Source: Felis catus (lineage: Eukaryota). Taken from it: 64,000 bases of DNA. The stretch spans positions 189,226,001 through 189,290,000 of the forward strand of contig NC_058368.1 in NCBI RefSeq assembly GCF_018350175.1, read 5' to 3'. Positions 11,688-24,830 of the stretch are shown piece by piece. The translations under genes and the position numbers were made by a program. The notes under the pieces are model-generated. The model was not told the origin of the DNA. It did no database searches and was given only the letters and a program-made list of their open reading frames with translations. Every line of letters starts with the position of its first letter. Within the stretch, counting starts at the first letter, position 1.

Positions 11688-14338
11688 AGTGCCATTTATT
11701 GAGTCACCACTACATAATGCAAGTTTCTGATTTTCTCAATACCCCTGCAAGTTAACTATTACTGTTTCCATCTTGTAAATAAAGAAACTAGGGCTCAAAG
11801 AAATCAAACAATCGATGTAAAGCAATTTATCTGACAAATAACAGACCTGGAATTGGTCTAATGCCTGGCCTTTCCTCCTGGTCCATTCTGCTCTCTGGTG
11901 TTTGGCCCTCATACAGGCTTCAAGTTGGCACTATCAGCTATCCAAGCCCACTGTGTACTGAGTGGCATCACAGTGAGGTCTCTGAGCTTTTATAGGGTTG
12001 ATTCAAATTACAAGTCTTAGTTTAATGCCATGAGGATGACTAAAATTAGCTGCAGATGGTTCCATACTAGCTGTAGTCATTAGCTCTGACATGCCACTCA
12101 GATCAGGGTTGTATGTTGTCTCCAGAGCATCTTAGACAATGCAATTCCCATGCATCGAACCCTCCACATAATTTACGCGGGAACAGCCTTGCATCTTGGT
12201 TTGAGTTTTCCATAGACTTGTCTCAATAGAGTTGGGAGGCTTTGATGCAGTGCTTAATTTTCAATGCCTATTGTCTTTTTAAAAAAGAGCACGCCAAATG
12301 TAGCCCGACACGCCTTTGAAGTTGTCATCATGTCAGCATTCTGACATGTAATGACCATAGGATTTGCCTTCTAATTTTAACTATTTCTACTTGAGGAAGG
12401 AAATTTACACAGTGGGAAAATATGTTGCCCTTTGCTTTGTTTCCTTTTCTTCTGGGGGAGAGTTATTCATGTGTGTCTTGAATACAATAAGAAATAGCAC
12501 ACGCTACTATCAGGATGTTCTCGGAAACATTATTTTGAGCTTTTATTCTCATAGCTGGATTCCACTGTAATTCTCACGTGGCAGGAGTAAACTATTAATA
12601 GGATTCCAACTTTTTTTTTTTTACCAGTAGACCCCGGAGAAGTCTCCTTTGCCATGTGAGTGAAGGGCAGATTGGATCTTGACATGACACATCGATTTAG
12701 TTTCCAAAACAGTAACTTTACTAAATAAATCATTTCAGCGCTTGATTGTTATTTATACATGCAAATCTGGTTTTCATTTGTTGGAACCGGACAGGAGGAA
12801 AGCTAATAATCTCATCAAAAACTGAATATTTTCCATTTTGGAAATGGCACAAAGTTCATAATCACATGACCTGAACTCTGCCATGGGCGGGTAAATCAAA
12901 CACCTCCCTAGTATGTCCTACAGACACCCAGAACTCAGATAGGAGGACTCTGGGGGAGTTTGCAAGCCAGAGCCTCAACTGAGGCCAATGACTATTTGGC
13001 CTTCCTCCTAGCATCATATTATTTGTCTCCAGGGGTGATATCCTGAGAGTAAGAAAGTGGGCAAAGGTGAGAAGAAAAACAGATAATTTAAACTCTTGAG
13101 CATTTAGTTAATAGCATGAGCTTCAAAATAAATTAAAGGAATTGAATTTGTAAATTGGGTTCCTCTCACAGTAAAAAATCTGATTATATCTGGAAAAGGT
13201 TCCAACTTCATAAGCAGGGATATAAAGGCTCTGGGAAGAGACATCTATCTTCAATAGTTCCCACACTGTCATGAAAGTCCACCAATAATCCCTTGTTGTA
13301 AGCATTGCCCTCTTTTTGATAATTCTCTATGAATGTGCAAATAAAACACCCAGTTCCACACACCTTGGGTGGGTTCTCTGTCCATTTCATTCCCTTTGAT
13401 TCGCCTTATCTTAATTTTGGTGGGAAGGAGGTCTTCTAATAATGCATCATTTGTGCTATGAGGAAGCAAGAGAGAAAAGTTCATGAGTTTATTGGTACCA
13501 GTTGTTACTCAGATACTCTGAAGGTCCAGAGCAAATGAGGCTTGTTGGCTCAAAGAACAAAGATACTAATCTGAAATGGGACTGTCTCTATGACAAAGGG
13601 TACTGGGACATGGATGGGAACCTGGGAGAGTGTAAAAAGGATGGAGAGATAGAGAGAGAACAAAGGAAAACATCAAAGGGCCCATGAAGGGCAACTTGAA
13701 AAAAGTAGAAAAGTTACTTTTGCACCCTTCTCTGAATTCCAAGTGTTATGTGTCATTGACTATAAGTAATATCTTTGTATCTTTCCTGTTGGTGGACCTA
13801 CCCTACATGCCTTCCAGCTGTTACAGGGTGTGAAAGCACTGTTACTTATTGTAGTATGTGGCTTCTCTTCCCAGACAGTTCTCATCTCATGGGCGAAAGC
13901 TCAGAAAAGAGAGAAAAAAAGAAAAGCCATAAAGAGGGGTGTGAAGGAAGCAGACATTCCTTGTCTAACTCAAATTTTGGCCCAAGGCTGGCCTCATTTA
14001 GAAATCTGAGCAAAGATCCTTCTTTTCCAAAACAGAAGAATAATTTTCTCTCCTCTTGGAGAAGTCTTTGGTGGGTTGATTCCAGGATTTTGGGGGAACT
14101 TTCCACCTTTAGAAAACCCATTAGATATCAGACTGTAATTGTAGTTTCCAGGTGGTCACAAATCCAGATTTGTGAGGAGATGGTTACATGGCCCCTGCAT
14201 GGAGAGCTTTTGGTTTTTATAGGGAACTGAAGTAGGCAGGGTAGCTTTTGTATGAATACCAAAGATAGTGGATGCTTGGGGACCCCTTTGGCAGTGAGAT
14301 TTGGGACTTCAGAGCAGTGTCCTCTCATCTTCCTTGCA

Positions 14339-14340
<2 letters not shown>

Positions 14341-14371
<31 letters not shown>
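14341..14371. repeat. (TG)n microsatellite
   Basis: Directly visible. Confidence 0.95.
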
Positions 14372-14377
<6 letters not shown>

Positions 14378-14643
14378 GATTTTATATTGCTACTTTCAGT
14401 TTAATTTGTTCCAGTTCTAAGAGGATTATGCTTTTAGTACCATCCTTGTGATGATTAATGTGTACTAATTGTTCTACCTTTGAATCAGGACTCTTTGGAG
14501 CTGTCTAGGCAAAATCTCCCTTTTGTAGGAGGCAGGGCTGATGAGCAGGAATCCCAGGGGGACCTCTGCACTGCTTCAGGTTGATGTAAGGAGAGAGATT
14601 AAACAAAGTGCGGAAAGTAGCTTCCTTTTTGATTGTGCCCCAA

Positions 14644-15660
14644 TGGAAATCGTGTTGTCCCACACATTGTATTAACTATTCTGGTGGCTTAAAAAATAGA
14701 ATCAGTCTGAGCAGTTAAAGAGGCCCTAATGAGAACTTTTACAGCTATGGGGCTTGCTTTTGTCATATTACAGAAAGTAAGGCTGTGATTTGTCACTAAT
14801 TTTCATTCCTGTTGCCTGGCTCAGCCAAGAGACTGGTGGCCTAATGAGCAATGTAAATCAAATCTTCTCTGCCCATGCAGTCTCAGGTGGGTGAGGACAA
14901 TGAAGGCGCGAGAAGGAAAAGACCCGAGGAACGATGACAGTGGAGGAATAAGGCAGTGTGAGATGTCCCTTGCTAGGGATAAATCTGGAGATCAATTTCT
15001 TTCAAGCTTTTGTTCAAGCTTCATATCCCTACAGACATTAGGTAGAAAATAGCTTGAATTTTTAGAAGGCATATTTAAATTTACTTCAAAGATCTTTAAG
15101 TGTCATTCCACAAACATTTCCTAAATTTGCTCCCAACATTCATGTAAACTGCTACCATTGAAGAAAAGGAAGAAAAGGAAGAAGAAAGGAAGATTAGGGG
15201 AAAGAAAGGAAGAAAGGAAAAACTGAGCAACTTTACAATTTCATAAGGTTTTCTTTTAACAGAATAATTACAATTTTAGTTGTCACTCAGACAGGTTGAA
15301 TGACATATTCTAGCCAGGTTTTTGAAGCTGGCAGCATGTCAGGAATACCTCAGGAACTTTGTGAAAGGTAAAGGTCCCTGGGCTCCAAACCCATCCCCCA
15401 TTTCCTACCCATTCTCAGCTTCCAATACAGGCATAGTGTAGGGCTCGGGAATTTTTTAATTTACTTTTATTTTTTAAAGGGCCCTAGGCAATTTCTAATG
15501 AAAATTAGTGACAAATCACAGCCTTGCTTTCTGTAATATGACAAAAGCAAGCCTCATAGCTGTAAAGGTTCTCATTAAGGCCTCTTTAACTGCTCAGACT
15601 GATTTTGTTTTTTAAGCCACCAGAATAGTTAATACAATGTGTGGGACAACATGATTTCCA
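14644..15660. repeat. 164-bp inverted repeat: arms 14644-14807 and 15497-15660, spacer 689 bp
   Basis: Manual alignment of the left arm to the reverse complement of the right arm gives 157/164 identity with no gaps. Confidence 0.97.
15310..15500. mobile_element. MER5-like hAT-Charlie MITE fragment, apparently truncated by the right arm of the inverted repeat
   Basis: ccctgggctccaaaccc...gtagggctcgggaattttt...tttaaagggccctaggcaatttctaatg resembles MER5; the expected terminal portion is absent. Confidence 0.5.
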
Positions 15661-16040
15661 AGTTGTAGATAAACAGAGAAAAGGTTGAAGCACCTTTAAA
15701 TACATTCAGCTCAATGAGTGGGTTCTAGGGCCTTCTGCCATGTGTCTGTGTTGGCCTCGGTAGCAGATATAAAAGAAGCAGAAAAGATGTTGACAAGGTC
15801 TTCCTGTATGTCTCTCTTCACAATCAAGGAAAAATATTTCCAAAACATTCCCATGGAAATCATGGACGTTGTGGAAGAAGTAAAGAATATCTCAGATGTA
15901 TCTGTGGTTCTCCGAATTTAGATATTTTAATTGTGGGGGGAATGTCATTCACAAGACAAAACTAGATTCATTGTTTATTCATTTGCAAGGAAAACTAGGG
16001 GCCTATGAATTTAATATGGCAAAGACAGGGGTCAGAAACA

Positions 16041-16182
16041 AGGGTGACCAAATTGTCCTGGTTTTCCTGGAACTTTCTCTGTTTTAAAATGAAAAACTGT
16101 GGCTATCTTGGTTTTAAAACTGAAAGTCTCACATCTTGGGAAGTCCCTCAGTCCAAAGTAAATCAAGACAGTTGGTCACCCT
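16041..16182. mobile_element. MER94-like hAT-Blackjack MITE
   Basis: Perfect 11-bp TIRs agggtgaccaa (16041-16051) and ttggtcaccct (16172-16182). Confidence 0.8.
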
Positions 16183-16689
16183 ACACAAGACCATCCAGAT
16201 CAACATGGTCAAAAATGGGTCTTTTCTATGACACAACCAGTGAATTCACACTAACAATTGTCTGTGTGACTTTTTGCCTGGATTAGTTGGCTGTGGTTTT
16301 GATTCTACTGACTGATCAGCACAGAACAAATGGTCAAATACTTTGAGAAGAACTCACTGAAGAGTGTCAGAAGCCCTAGGCAAGAGCTCTGATGTTGCCT
16401 CTTCTTGCTGTATGATCTCAAGCATGATTGGTGGGCTTAAATTCCATCCTTTGATACAACATCCATACAAACACGTAAGCATGGACATTGAAATTTTATA
16501 ATATACATGGAAGCACATTATAATCTTTAAAGCTTCCTACAAATGATTAATTGGACACAGATCATAAAGACAGAACCAGAGCAGAAGGAGAATGCTTTCA
16601 CTGGAACAGACTACTGGAGCACAAGGAACACCGTTTGTAAGTTAAATAGATCAGGACTGCAGGCCCAGGATAAAACAAATAGCAAGGTT

Positions 16690-17170
16690 TCCTTAAACAC
16701 ATTCCTGGAGCTGGCATCCTCCTTGGTTTAAAAAGTCCTACTTTTGTCAGGTGGCTCTGGGTCCAGCCTGAGGGGACAAATCACAATTGGACTAAGCCAA
16801 CCATGGAATCCCTATTACTCTTTCCTAGAGACTGATGTAGTTATTTCATGTTATCCGTAGCCAGTGAAACACAGGAATAGACTGCTGCTTGGGGCAAGTT
16901 TGCCTTGCCCAATAAAAGAGATAGTAGAGCAAGTGGAAGCCCTCCTTTCCTCACCTTCTTGCTTTGGAAGTGAGAATGCAGTGATGACTGTGGTCACCAT
17001 CTTGAACAAAGAAGAGAGACAATGCTGAGCATCGCATCACTGAGGGGTAGAAAGAGCCTGGGTCCTTGAGAACATGGTTAGGCAGTTGACCCTGATTGTC
17101 TCTAGACTTATTGCTAGGTGAGATAATAAATATCCTAATCTTTAAAGCACAGCTACTCAAAATGTCAATC
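16690..17170 (+). mobile_element. MLT1-type MaLR LTR
   Basis: ttggactaagccaaccatggaatccc...tggtcaccatcttgaac...gagcctgggtccttga...ctagactt. Confidence 0.65.
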
Positions 17171-17449
17171 ATCAAATAGTGCCAATGGTCCAAATATGGA
17201 CTATTTATTACTGATTCATGCTAAATGCAGAATTTGGGGGCATTTATAAATTTCGCAACAGTTTGATGGAGTAATTTTATGTCTTGAATCTAAACAAAAG
17301 AATTTTGAACATAAGTATCTTATTTCATTTTCTGTTAATTCATTTTATCACATTTTACAAAAGTATCAATCCATGATATACTGGAAATTAGAGGGAAAAA
17401 AATGAACTAGTTGTTTGTCCCAGATAGTTTGAGAAGCATTGCTTGAAGC

Positions 17450-17665
17450 CAGTTTTCTGCAAACTCTGAGAGCCACTTTAGCCCAATGCCTTCTTTTATA
17501 TATAAAGTTTTATTGGAACACAGCCACACCTTTGTTTTCATATTATCTATAGATATATTTATCCTATAATGGCAGAGCTAGTCAATCCTGACAGACATCT
17601 TATAGCCTACAGAGTTTAAAATATTTACTATCTGGCTCTTTACAGAAAGAGTTTGCAAATCCTTG
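17450..17665. mobile_element. MER58-like hAT MITE
   Basis: taaagttttattggaacacagccacac...aaaatatttactatctggctctttacagaaagagtttgc. Confidence 0.85.
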
Positions 17666-17717
17666 AGTTAACCATTCTCAGGTATACATTCTCTTATTTT
17701 CAGTTGAACTTACATAT

Positions 17718-18052
17718 TCAGTTGACCTTGAACAATATGGGGTTATCGTGCTGATCCCCCACAAGGTCAAAAAAATCTGGGTATAACTTTTGATTCCCCC
17801 CAAACTTTACTAACAGCCTACTGTGAACCGGAACCCTTATCAGGAACAGAAATACTTGATTAAGACGTAGTTTGTATGTTATATGTATTGCATACTGTAT
17901 TCTTACTCTAAAGCTAGCTAGAGAAAAGAACATTTTATTAAGAAAATCATAAGGAAGAGAAAACATTTATAGTACTGCACTGTATTTATTGAAAAAAATA
18001 TTTGCATGTAAGTGAACTCATGCAGTTCAAATCCATATTGTTTGTCAACCAT
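17718..18052 (+). mobile_element. Tigger2a-like (TcMar-Tigger) MITE
   Basis: Starts cagttgaccttgaacaa; internal tataacttttgattcccccc...ctaacagcctactgtgaaccgg; ends gcagttcaaatccatattgtttgtcaac. Confidence 0.8.
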
Positions 18053-19109
18053 AGTAAATTAACTTCTCTAGATCCCATTGTGCTCATCAATAAAATGGGA
18101 TAAAAGATCACATTGGTTTGTTGAGAGTATTGAATAAAATAATACATACAAGGTTCTCAGGAACGTTATACGTTATATGTGTGTATGTTATAGTAAGCAT
18201 ATAACATGTAAAAAGTTCTCTTGTTTCCCTGCAATCACCCTTTGATTAAGAGGCTACTGTGTCAAAGGTCAAGAGTTTCTATACACAAATCATGGGATAT
18301 AGTAGCTCACTGATATTGCATTATCATTCACTGCAGTCGGTTGGGAAAACTTCATCAACAGCTAGGAAGTTTGACCCAGTGGTTAAGAATAACACATGGA
18401 CAATAACCATTGACTAGATTTTAGGGATAAAGTACAAGTCATTTTAGTATTGCCTGGTTCAAGGTTCTTAGGACTTAATGTAATAAAAAAAAAAAAAAAA
18501 CCCTTCTAAGCAAAGAGGAAAATGGGCTGAGAACTCCACTTTTACTTTTTAATATTTAATGGAGGATGATTCCCTGTGTTCCCATGTGCTGTATTTCAAG
18601 GCTGCACATTCTTGAACTGTTACTGGTAACAGGAAACTAATGTGATTTTTTTTTTTTTCTTTTTAGGAAAGCTAACAGTGATTTCAGAAGTGTGTGTTTG
18701 TTATCAGATTTAGGGCACTTGTCACATTTTGGCCTGAAGGCAAGCCAAGGGAGGGTTTGAAAAAATATCCAAGAAACGTCTTCATTGCTCTTTCTCTCTT
18801 CTAATTAAAATGCAGTTCGTCTTACAGATTCCAGAGCATTTTGGATTTGTGGTTGCAAGCATGAGGTCATTTTTCCTGCCTATATGACCACAGTACATTT
18901 TTAAAGTCTTTAGTGTTTGGTAACAACAGACAAATAACTGTGGAAACCTGAGAGCCGAGCTCAAGTTCTTTGCAGAGTGTTCCCATCACTCCTCTGCATG
19001 GGGTAAAAACGAGTCCACCTCACTGGGCCAGTGCCAGGATCCCTGGACCCTGCACTGTGAGGCTAAAGTATTGCTCCCATGCCAAAGAGGCCAGCCAACT
19101 AGGCAATAC

Positions 19110-19330
19110 AAAGGTGAAGAACATGGCTCTGGGGGCACTCAGGCCAGAGCCTGCATTCTGGTCTGTCAACCTTGCCAGCGATATCGAGCAAGTGATTTTA
19201 ACCTCTGTGAGTTTCTTCTTCCTCAACTGTGAAAAGAGTAACTTCATAGGGTGGTTGTGAAGATGAAATAAGAATAAATATAAAATGTTTGGCACAGTCC
19301 CTGGGATGTAGAAGAGCGTAGTGAACATAT
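19110..19330 (+). mobile_element. MIR
   Basis: gagcaagtgattttaacctctgtgagtttcttcttcctcaactgtgaaa...ggttgtgaagatgaaataag. Confidence 0.8.
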
Positions 19331-19419
19331 CTGGCTCTCCTTTTCTTTATTTCTAGCTATTCATCCTTTTTTTCAAAACTCGGCGCAAGAACCTTAAGGG
19401 AAGCTGGTACTATCCCCCA

Positions 19420-19845
19420 AGTTTCAGACAGGGTTCTGGTTTGACTAACTAATCATTATAACTGAACGCCAGCGATTGGATCAGAGCCCCAGACTTCTGA
19501 AACATAGCCAATCAGTGCATGTCTTTATTCGAAGGAAAAGCATATGACCCATGTTGGTCCAATAAGACTGGTCAGAAAAGACATTTTTCCCTCCCTTGCT
19601 GGATGTGAGTAGGGAAGCCCCGAAACGTCAGCTATTGCAGTCATCTTGTGACCACAAAGGAGGCCAGTCTCAGAAAGCCGAGATACAGAGTACGTACAAC
19701 CAAGAACATGAGGGCTGGAGCTCTGACTGCATCATCCAACCCCTCCTTTCTTTGGATTTCCTGTTATATGATGTAATAATTTCTTGTCATTACACCACTT
19801 TGAGTCAGACTTTGGTTACATGCAGTAAAATCATCTAACTGATAA
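19420..19845 (+). mobile_element. MLT1-type LTR
   Basis: catatgacccatgttggtccaat...gcagtcatcttgtgaccac...ggttacatgcagtaaaatcatctaactgata. Confidence 0.7.
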
Positions 19846-19949
19846 GAATTCAGTAAGTATTGGCTATTATCTGTCAGATCGTGCCCAGTAAACTACCCTT
19901 CTGTGGATCCCAAGAGACTTGGGAAAGAATTAGAGAATAACACAAATTT

Positions 19950-20150
19950 ATGACATCTCTATATTGAGCAACTAATGTAAGTTTGGCATTTCATATGCAC
20001 ACACTGTCTTTTTGGACCCTCCCAATAACTTTATGAAATTGTTATATTACTATGAGTAAACTGAGGCACAGAGAGCTCACGTGACTTCCCTGGGCTGAAC
20101 AGCTAACATTTAGCAAAGTCAAGAAAACCCAGGTCTGTCTGGATCCATAG
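19950..20150 (-). mobile_element. MIR
   Basis: tgagtaaactgaggcacagagag motif. Confidence 0.75.
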
Positions 20151-20751
20151 ACTGTGCTTCGGCCACGACTCCTCTCCTGCTGCTTCCTGTGCTGCCTCCC
20201 TTTGCCAAGGTCTTTGTTCCTCTGTTGCAAAATCACCCTCTTTCCCAGAACGAATCCACATCTGCATGAATGTTGGGGAGAGAGAAGCTGCAGGCTTTTT
20301 TTCCAACATCAGGCAAGAGTTGAGTGCCTCATTAGGCAATGGGGTAGTACAGAGGGGCCCTCGCTTTAAAACCAAACCAAACAAACAAAAGAACCCTAGG
20401 AGATGTTCATAAAATTATCTACCACATCATATAAACTAGGAGAAATTCCCCCAGAAGTCTCTACCTAAAAGAGAGAAAAAAAAAAGGATAAATACTAACA
20501 ATGATTTAATGAGAGAGCCTTCTAATTACCTGTTGCAACTGTGAGGCTTATTTGTGTGCACAAAGAGAGGAGCAGGCTAGACAAAGTGACTGCTGAAGTG
20601 TGAGAAGCCACTACCAACTGAAGAGAGGTCAGAACAGAAGCTGGACAGTGTCCTGACTGGTGTCCTGAGCAGAGACACCCGTGTGTCCCTGCCAGGAAGG
20701 CAACCCTGTTGTCCTCTAGCTGTGCACACTTAGACTCACCTCGTTCCCCTG

Positions 20752-20940
20752 GACCAGTCGTTCTCAAACTGTAGCATGTACCAGAATCATCTAGAAGACG
20801 TATTCAACACAGATTGCTGAGCCCCACCCCAGAGTTTCCTACATGCAGTAGGAGGTGGGGTCAGAGAATAAGCTTCTCTAACAAGTTCCCAGCTGATATT
20901 GCTGCTGGTGATTGGAGGACTGCACTTTGGGAACTGTTGG
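20752..20940. mobile_element. MER5A hAT-Charlie MITE
   Basis: cagtcgttctcaaactgtagcatgtaccagaatcatctaga...ctaacaagttcccagctgat...cactttgggaactgttg. Confidence 0.85.
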
Positions 20941-21659
20941 CCAAGGATAGCTATGCTGTATTTGTAGAAACTAACACCTGGTCAGCCTCTCCTCTGCACT
21001 GACCTTCAAGGGCTGTAGAACTCCTTCCTCATGGGGGCCAAATGCCTAGTTTTGATGATTGACTCTTCCTGTTCATTCCCTTAATGCCTTAGGCTCTGAC
21101 TGAATAACAGCCTAATAGGCCATTCCCTCTGAAACCTGGATCTTCCTTGGCTCTCATGAGTTCTCATCAGGTCAGAGATGGTGTCCTTGATTCCCAGTCT
21201 CTGTTGCCAACATTTTGACTCTGCTGATGCCAGTAACAGGCTGGCACCTTTACTTAAAATGATAACATCAGCATCAACAATTTTAAGAGCTTCTGCTTAC
21301 AGAATATGCATTAAGAGTCTTCTGTGGCTGCTTGTCAGGCTTCACTTGACCTCTATTAGTGGTCACCCAACACCCCATCCACCCCCTCTCCATGACCCTT
21401 GGTTGGCCTGACTCCATGGCAAGGTCCTCTCTGAGGTGACTTCCTCTGGCCGATCCCTTTAGTCTCAAGGTCCACCTGCACCGAGACCTGGTCCATATAA
21501 AGCATCTCTGAGATTTTTATCCATAAAAAAACTTCCTAACTTATCAAAGTGTCTATTTCATTTCCAAAAAGCAGAGGACACATTCACTGCCATGGCAAGG
21601 ATTGGCCTGCCTTCCTTCAATGAATTGAGACTGTACACTTTTGGCTTACATTTATCTAG

Positions 21660-22140
21660 GAAATAACTTTGTTTCCCAAAGTGTGGGCCACGTGCCACCA
21701 GTGGTTTGTGGATGTTTTTATGTGGCACTCTGACATGACATTACTTACACTGTATTACTCAGTGAGAAAATTGCTTCCTTTTCAATTCTCTTTGAAACCA
21801 ACTAACGGAGTCGGGGGGAAAAGTCTCAGTTTTGTGTTTATACATCTCTTTTATTCCATCTATTTCTAATCTCTCTTTTTATATAATGGAGAGGAGACCA
21901 CAGGCTAAGAACTCCAGTAGACCACGATGATTTTCGAGTACATAATAATACTGTTTTGATACAACTCTATTTTTGTGTACACTTCCAACTTATGGCAGGT
22001 AATATTGACATGGCACTTACAGTGGTGACTTAAAGTTCCATTTACAAATAAATGTGTTTAAGAAAAAGAGGATTTTGTTTAAACAAAAATATTATATAAA
22101 CTAGGATATGGGTGTCACATGAGTGTGACAAAAATCATTA
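21660..22140. mobile_element. Degraded hAT-Charlie-type DNA transposon remnant
   Basis: Starts gtttcccaaagtgtgggccacgtgccaccagtgg, typical of Charlie-family termini; family not resolved. Confidence 0.4.
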
Positions 22141-22144
22141 GGGT

Positions 22145-22640
22145 TGTGTGACAGTGAATTTTACCTGTCAACTTGCTGGGCCACAAGGTACCCACACAGT
22201 TGGTTAAGCATTATTGTGGTTGTGTCCATGAGGATGTTTCTGGATTAGATTAACATCTGACTGGTGGACTTAGTAAGTAGATTTCTTTCCCAAATGTGGG
22301 CGGGTCTCGTCTAGTCAACTGAAGGCCTAAAGAGAATGAAAGTAAGAAGGAACTCCTCCAGTGTGACTGTTGAGCTAGACATAGGCTTTTTCTGGCCTTT
22401 AGACTCAGACTGAGTCATCAACTCTTCCTGGGTCTCGAGCCTGCCAGCTTTCAGACTCGAATTTACATGTTGGTAATCTTGGTTGTCAGGCTTCGGACTG
22501 GGACTGGACCCACACACTGCCTCTCCTGCATCTCCAGCTTGGCAACTGTAGATGCTGGGACTTCCTGGTCTCCATATTCACCCCTAATTCTTCTTAAGTC
22601 CTAGATATATGCACTGTCCCTTTGGAGAATCCTGACTAAC
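22145..22640 (+). mobile_element. MLT2 (ERVL) solo LTR
   Basis: tgtgacagtgaattttacctgtcaacttg...ggatgtttctggattagattaacat...tttggagaatcctgactaa. Confidence 0.85.
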
Positions 22641-22859
22641 CCATGAATGGCAGAAATTCAGGAAACATTGGTAACAGAAATGTGTTGTGCTTTGTACCGA
22701 CCCACAATGAGTAGGATTGATATTGAATTGTTTCTTTTTCCTTTCACCAGTGGTGGGAACAAATTGCAAGGAGTAATTATACATTAGATAAATATTTTTT
22801 GAGAGCCTAATCAACAAAATTTACTTTGGAGAAGCAGCTGCTCCTCTATTAGATGGTAC

Positions 22860-23310
22860 CTTTGCAAATAAGATTGTTGTCCTCAGCATGGGCCCTGCCT
22901 ACCTCCTCCCTTTCATCTCCTGCCAAGCTCCCCTGTAACTCTCATACTCCCGCCATATTGGCCTTCCTCTAGTTCCTCAATATATCTTATCCCTTCTGCC
23001 TCTAGGCTTTTGCAACTCTAGACTGCACTTCTCTCCTACCTCTTCCCTTTTCCCTTGACCAACACAGCCATTGATTTAGATGTCTTAAGTGTTGTTTTTA
23101 TCAGAGAAGTCTTGCTGACCTCCAGACCAAGTGAGCATCCATCCATATGGCACTTCATCCTTCTCCTCTGAATCATACTTCACAACTGTAATCAAATAAT
23201 CATCTAGGTGTTGATTTATCTAATGTCTGTCTCCCCTGCTGGATTGTAAGTTTGTGAGAGCAGGGAACTTGTGTCATCATTGGTTCTCAATAAATATTTT
23301 TGTAAATGAC
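22860..23310 (+). mobile_element. L2 3' fragment
   Basis: gtctgtctcccctgctggattgtaagtttgtgagagcaggg...ctcaataaatattt. Confidence 0.75.
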
Positions 23311-24619
23311 TTAATCATGACCCATCATGAAGTATTATGTAGGTAACAGGGACCTAAAATATCCTTAAATGACTAACTGGAAAGACTATAACCATTTTTA
23401 CTTTTAGGGATTGAAGTCAGGTACCTATGACTACTAGCTATAACAAGTGGCCAAAATTATCTGTGCATCAAGTGAATCAAATCACCCAAGCATGCAAACC
23501 TGGCTCTCCCAATTTATTGCTTATAAAAACAAGAGATTGGGAACAGTGGTTGAAGCCAGATGTTCTGTGGGCTGGAGCTCATTGTCCTAATACTGCAGAT
23601 TCCCATAACTAGAACTGTGTGTATTTGAGATGCTGGGACATAAGATCCAACCCAGAAAATATTTTGAAATAATGTTGTTCAATTACATAATCCTTGTTAT
23701 GTTATTGAATAGAACACTGTCTTATATACACTATTATAAAAACATTATGCCTGGGTCTCAAGTTCTGGAATATCCAATTACAATTGCTTTTTTCCACATT
23801 TGTATTCTCTTTATTTTATTTAATTGCCTTAACATTTTCAGCAGATTTATTGTATATGACAGTGAGCAACCTGAGCCTGTGTAAGAGCTAGTCATGCTAT
23901 TTCCTGAACCCCACCCACCATCTCCCTAATATTACTCTGTCCTCCCTTGAAAACTCCTTGTTAGCATAGGCCCTGTCCCCTGCTTAGAGTGTGAACGGTC
24001 AGAGAGGCACTGGGTTAGAGGAAACTGGCCACTTGTGGACCCCATTTCTCCATCTCTGAGCTGACTTGAACTTTGGCTGATATCAGTTTGTCATCCCAAT
24101 CTAAATCAATGTAAAATGTGGAATATACAAAATGATCTCCATTTCCAAGATGTTCCATCAACAGATACGTGGATAGTCACTGAGTGTTTAGCTTTGAGAA
24201 CATGTGTCTGTGGAACAGGATGACTCTGGTTTAATGTGTGTATGTGTGTGTCTGTGTTTCCTGCTCCATTTTTGTCATCTGACTAGCAACTTGAAGTCAC
24301 ATAGGATAAAGAACATTGATAAATAAATGAGGTTTTGAGTCATCTGCAGCTCCCCATATCCCATTGTGGACATCTTCCCCAAGGTAGGAGATTCAGGACT
24401 GAAGGCATGATTATATCAAAATGTAAGTGGTAGAAACAAAGTGACAAAGAGATCTGGGTAATATGAAGACACACAGACCATCAGAAGTCCTATGCTAATG
24501 TATGGTGAGCATATCATAAGGGTTCCAGAGCTCTAGACACTCCTTCCTCCTTGCCCACTTTAACCGGTCACCTGCTTGGGAATTCTGTCCAAGGTGCAAA
24601 TTATTCAGTAATAACTCTC

Positions 24620-24830
24620 ACCATTTATTGAGCACTTTCTATGCCACAAATACTATGCCCAGTACTTTAACCCTCATTTCAATGAACCCTCCCAATAACC
24701 ATATGAGGTAGGCATTATTATACTTTTCATTTTATGGATTTGGAAACTGACACCCAGAGATGAATTAATTAGTGATTTCAGAATTGAAATGAAAATCTTT
24801 TTAACCCCAGAGTCAAGGCACTTAATCATT
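24620..24830 (-). mobile_element. MIR
   Basis: ccatttattgagcactttctatgcca...aaccatatgaggtagg...ggaaactga. Confidence 0.8.

Noticed and set aside
13775..14230. 151-aa ORF
   Set aside because: TTG start, no recognisable homology and no supporting exon structure.
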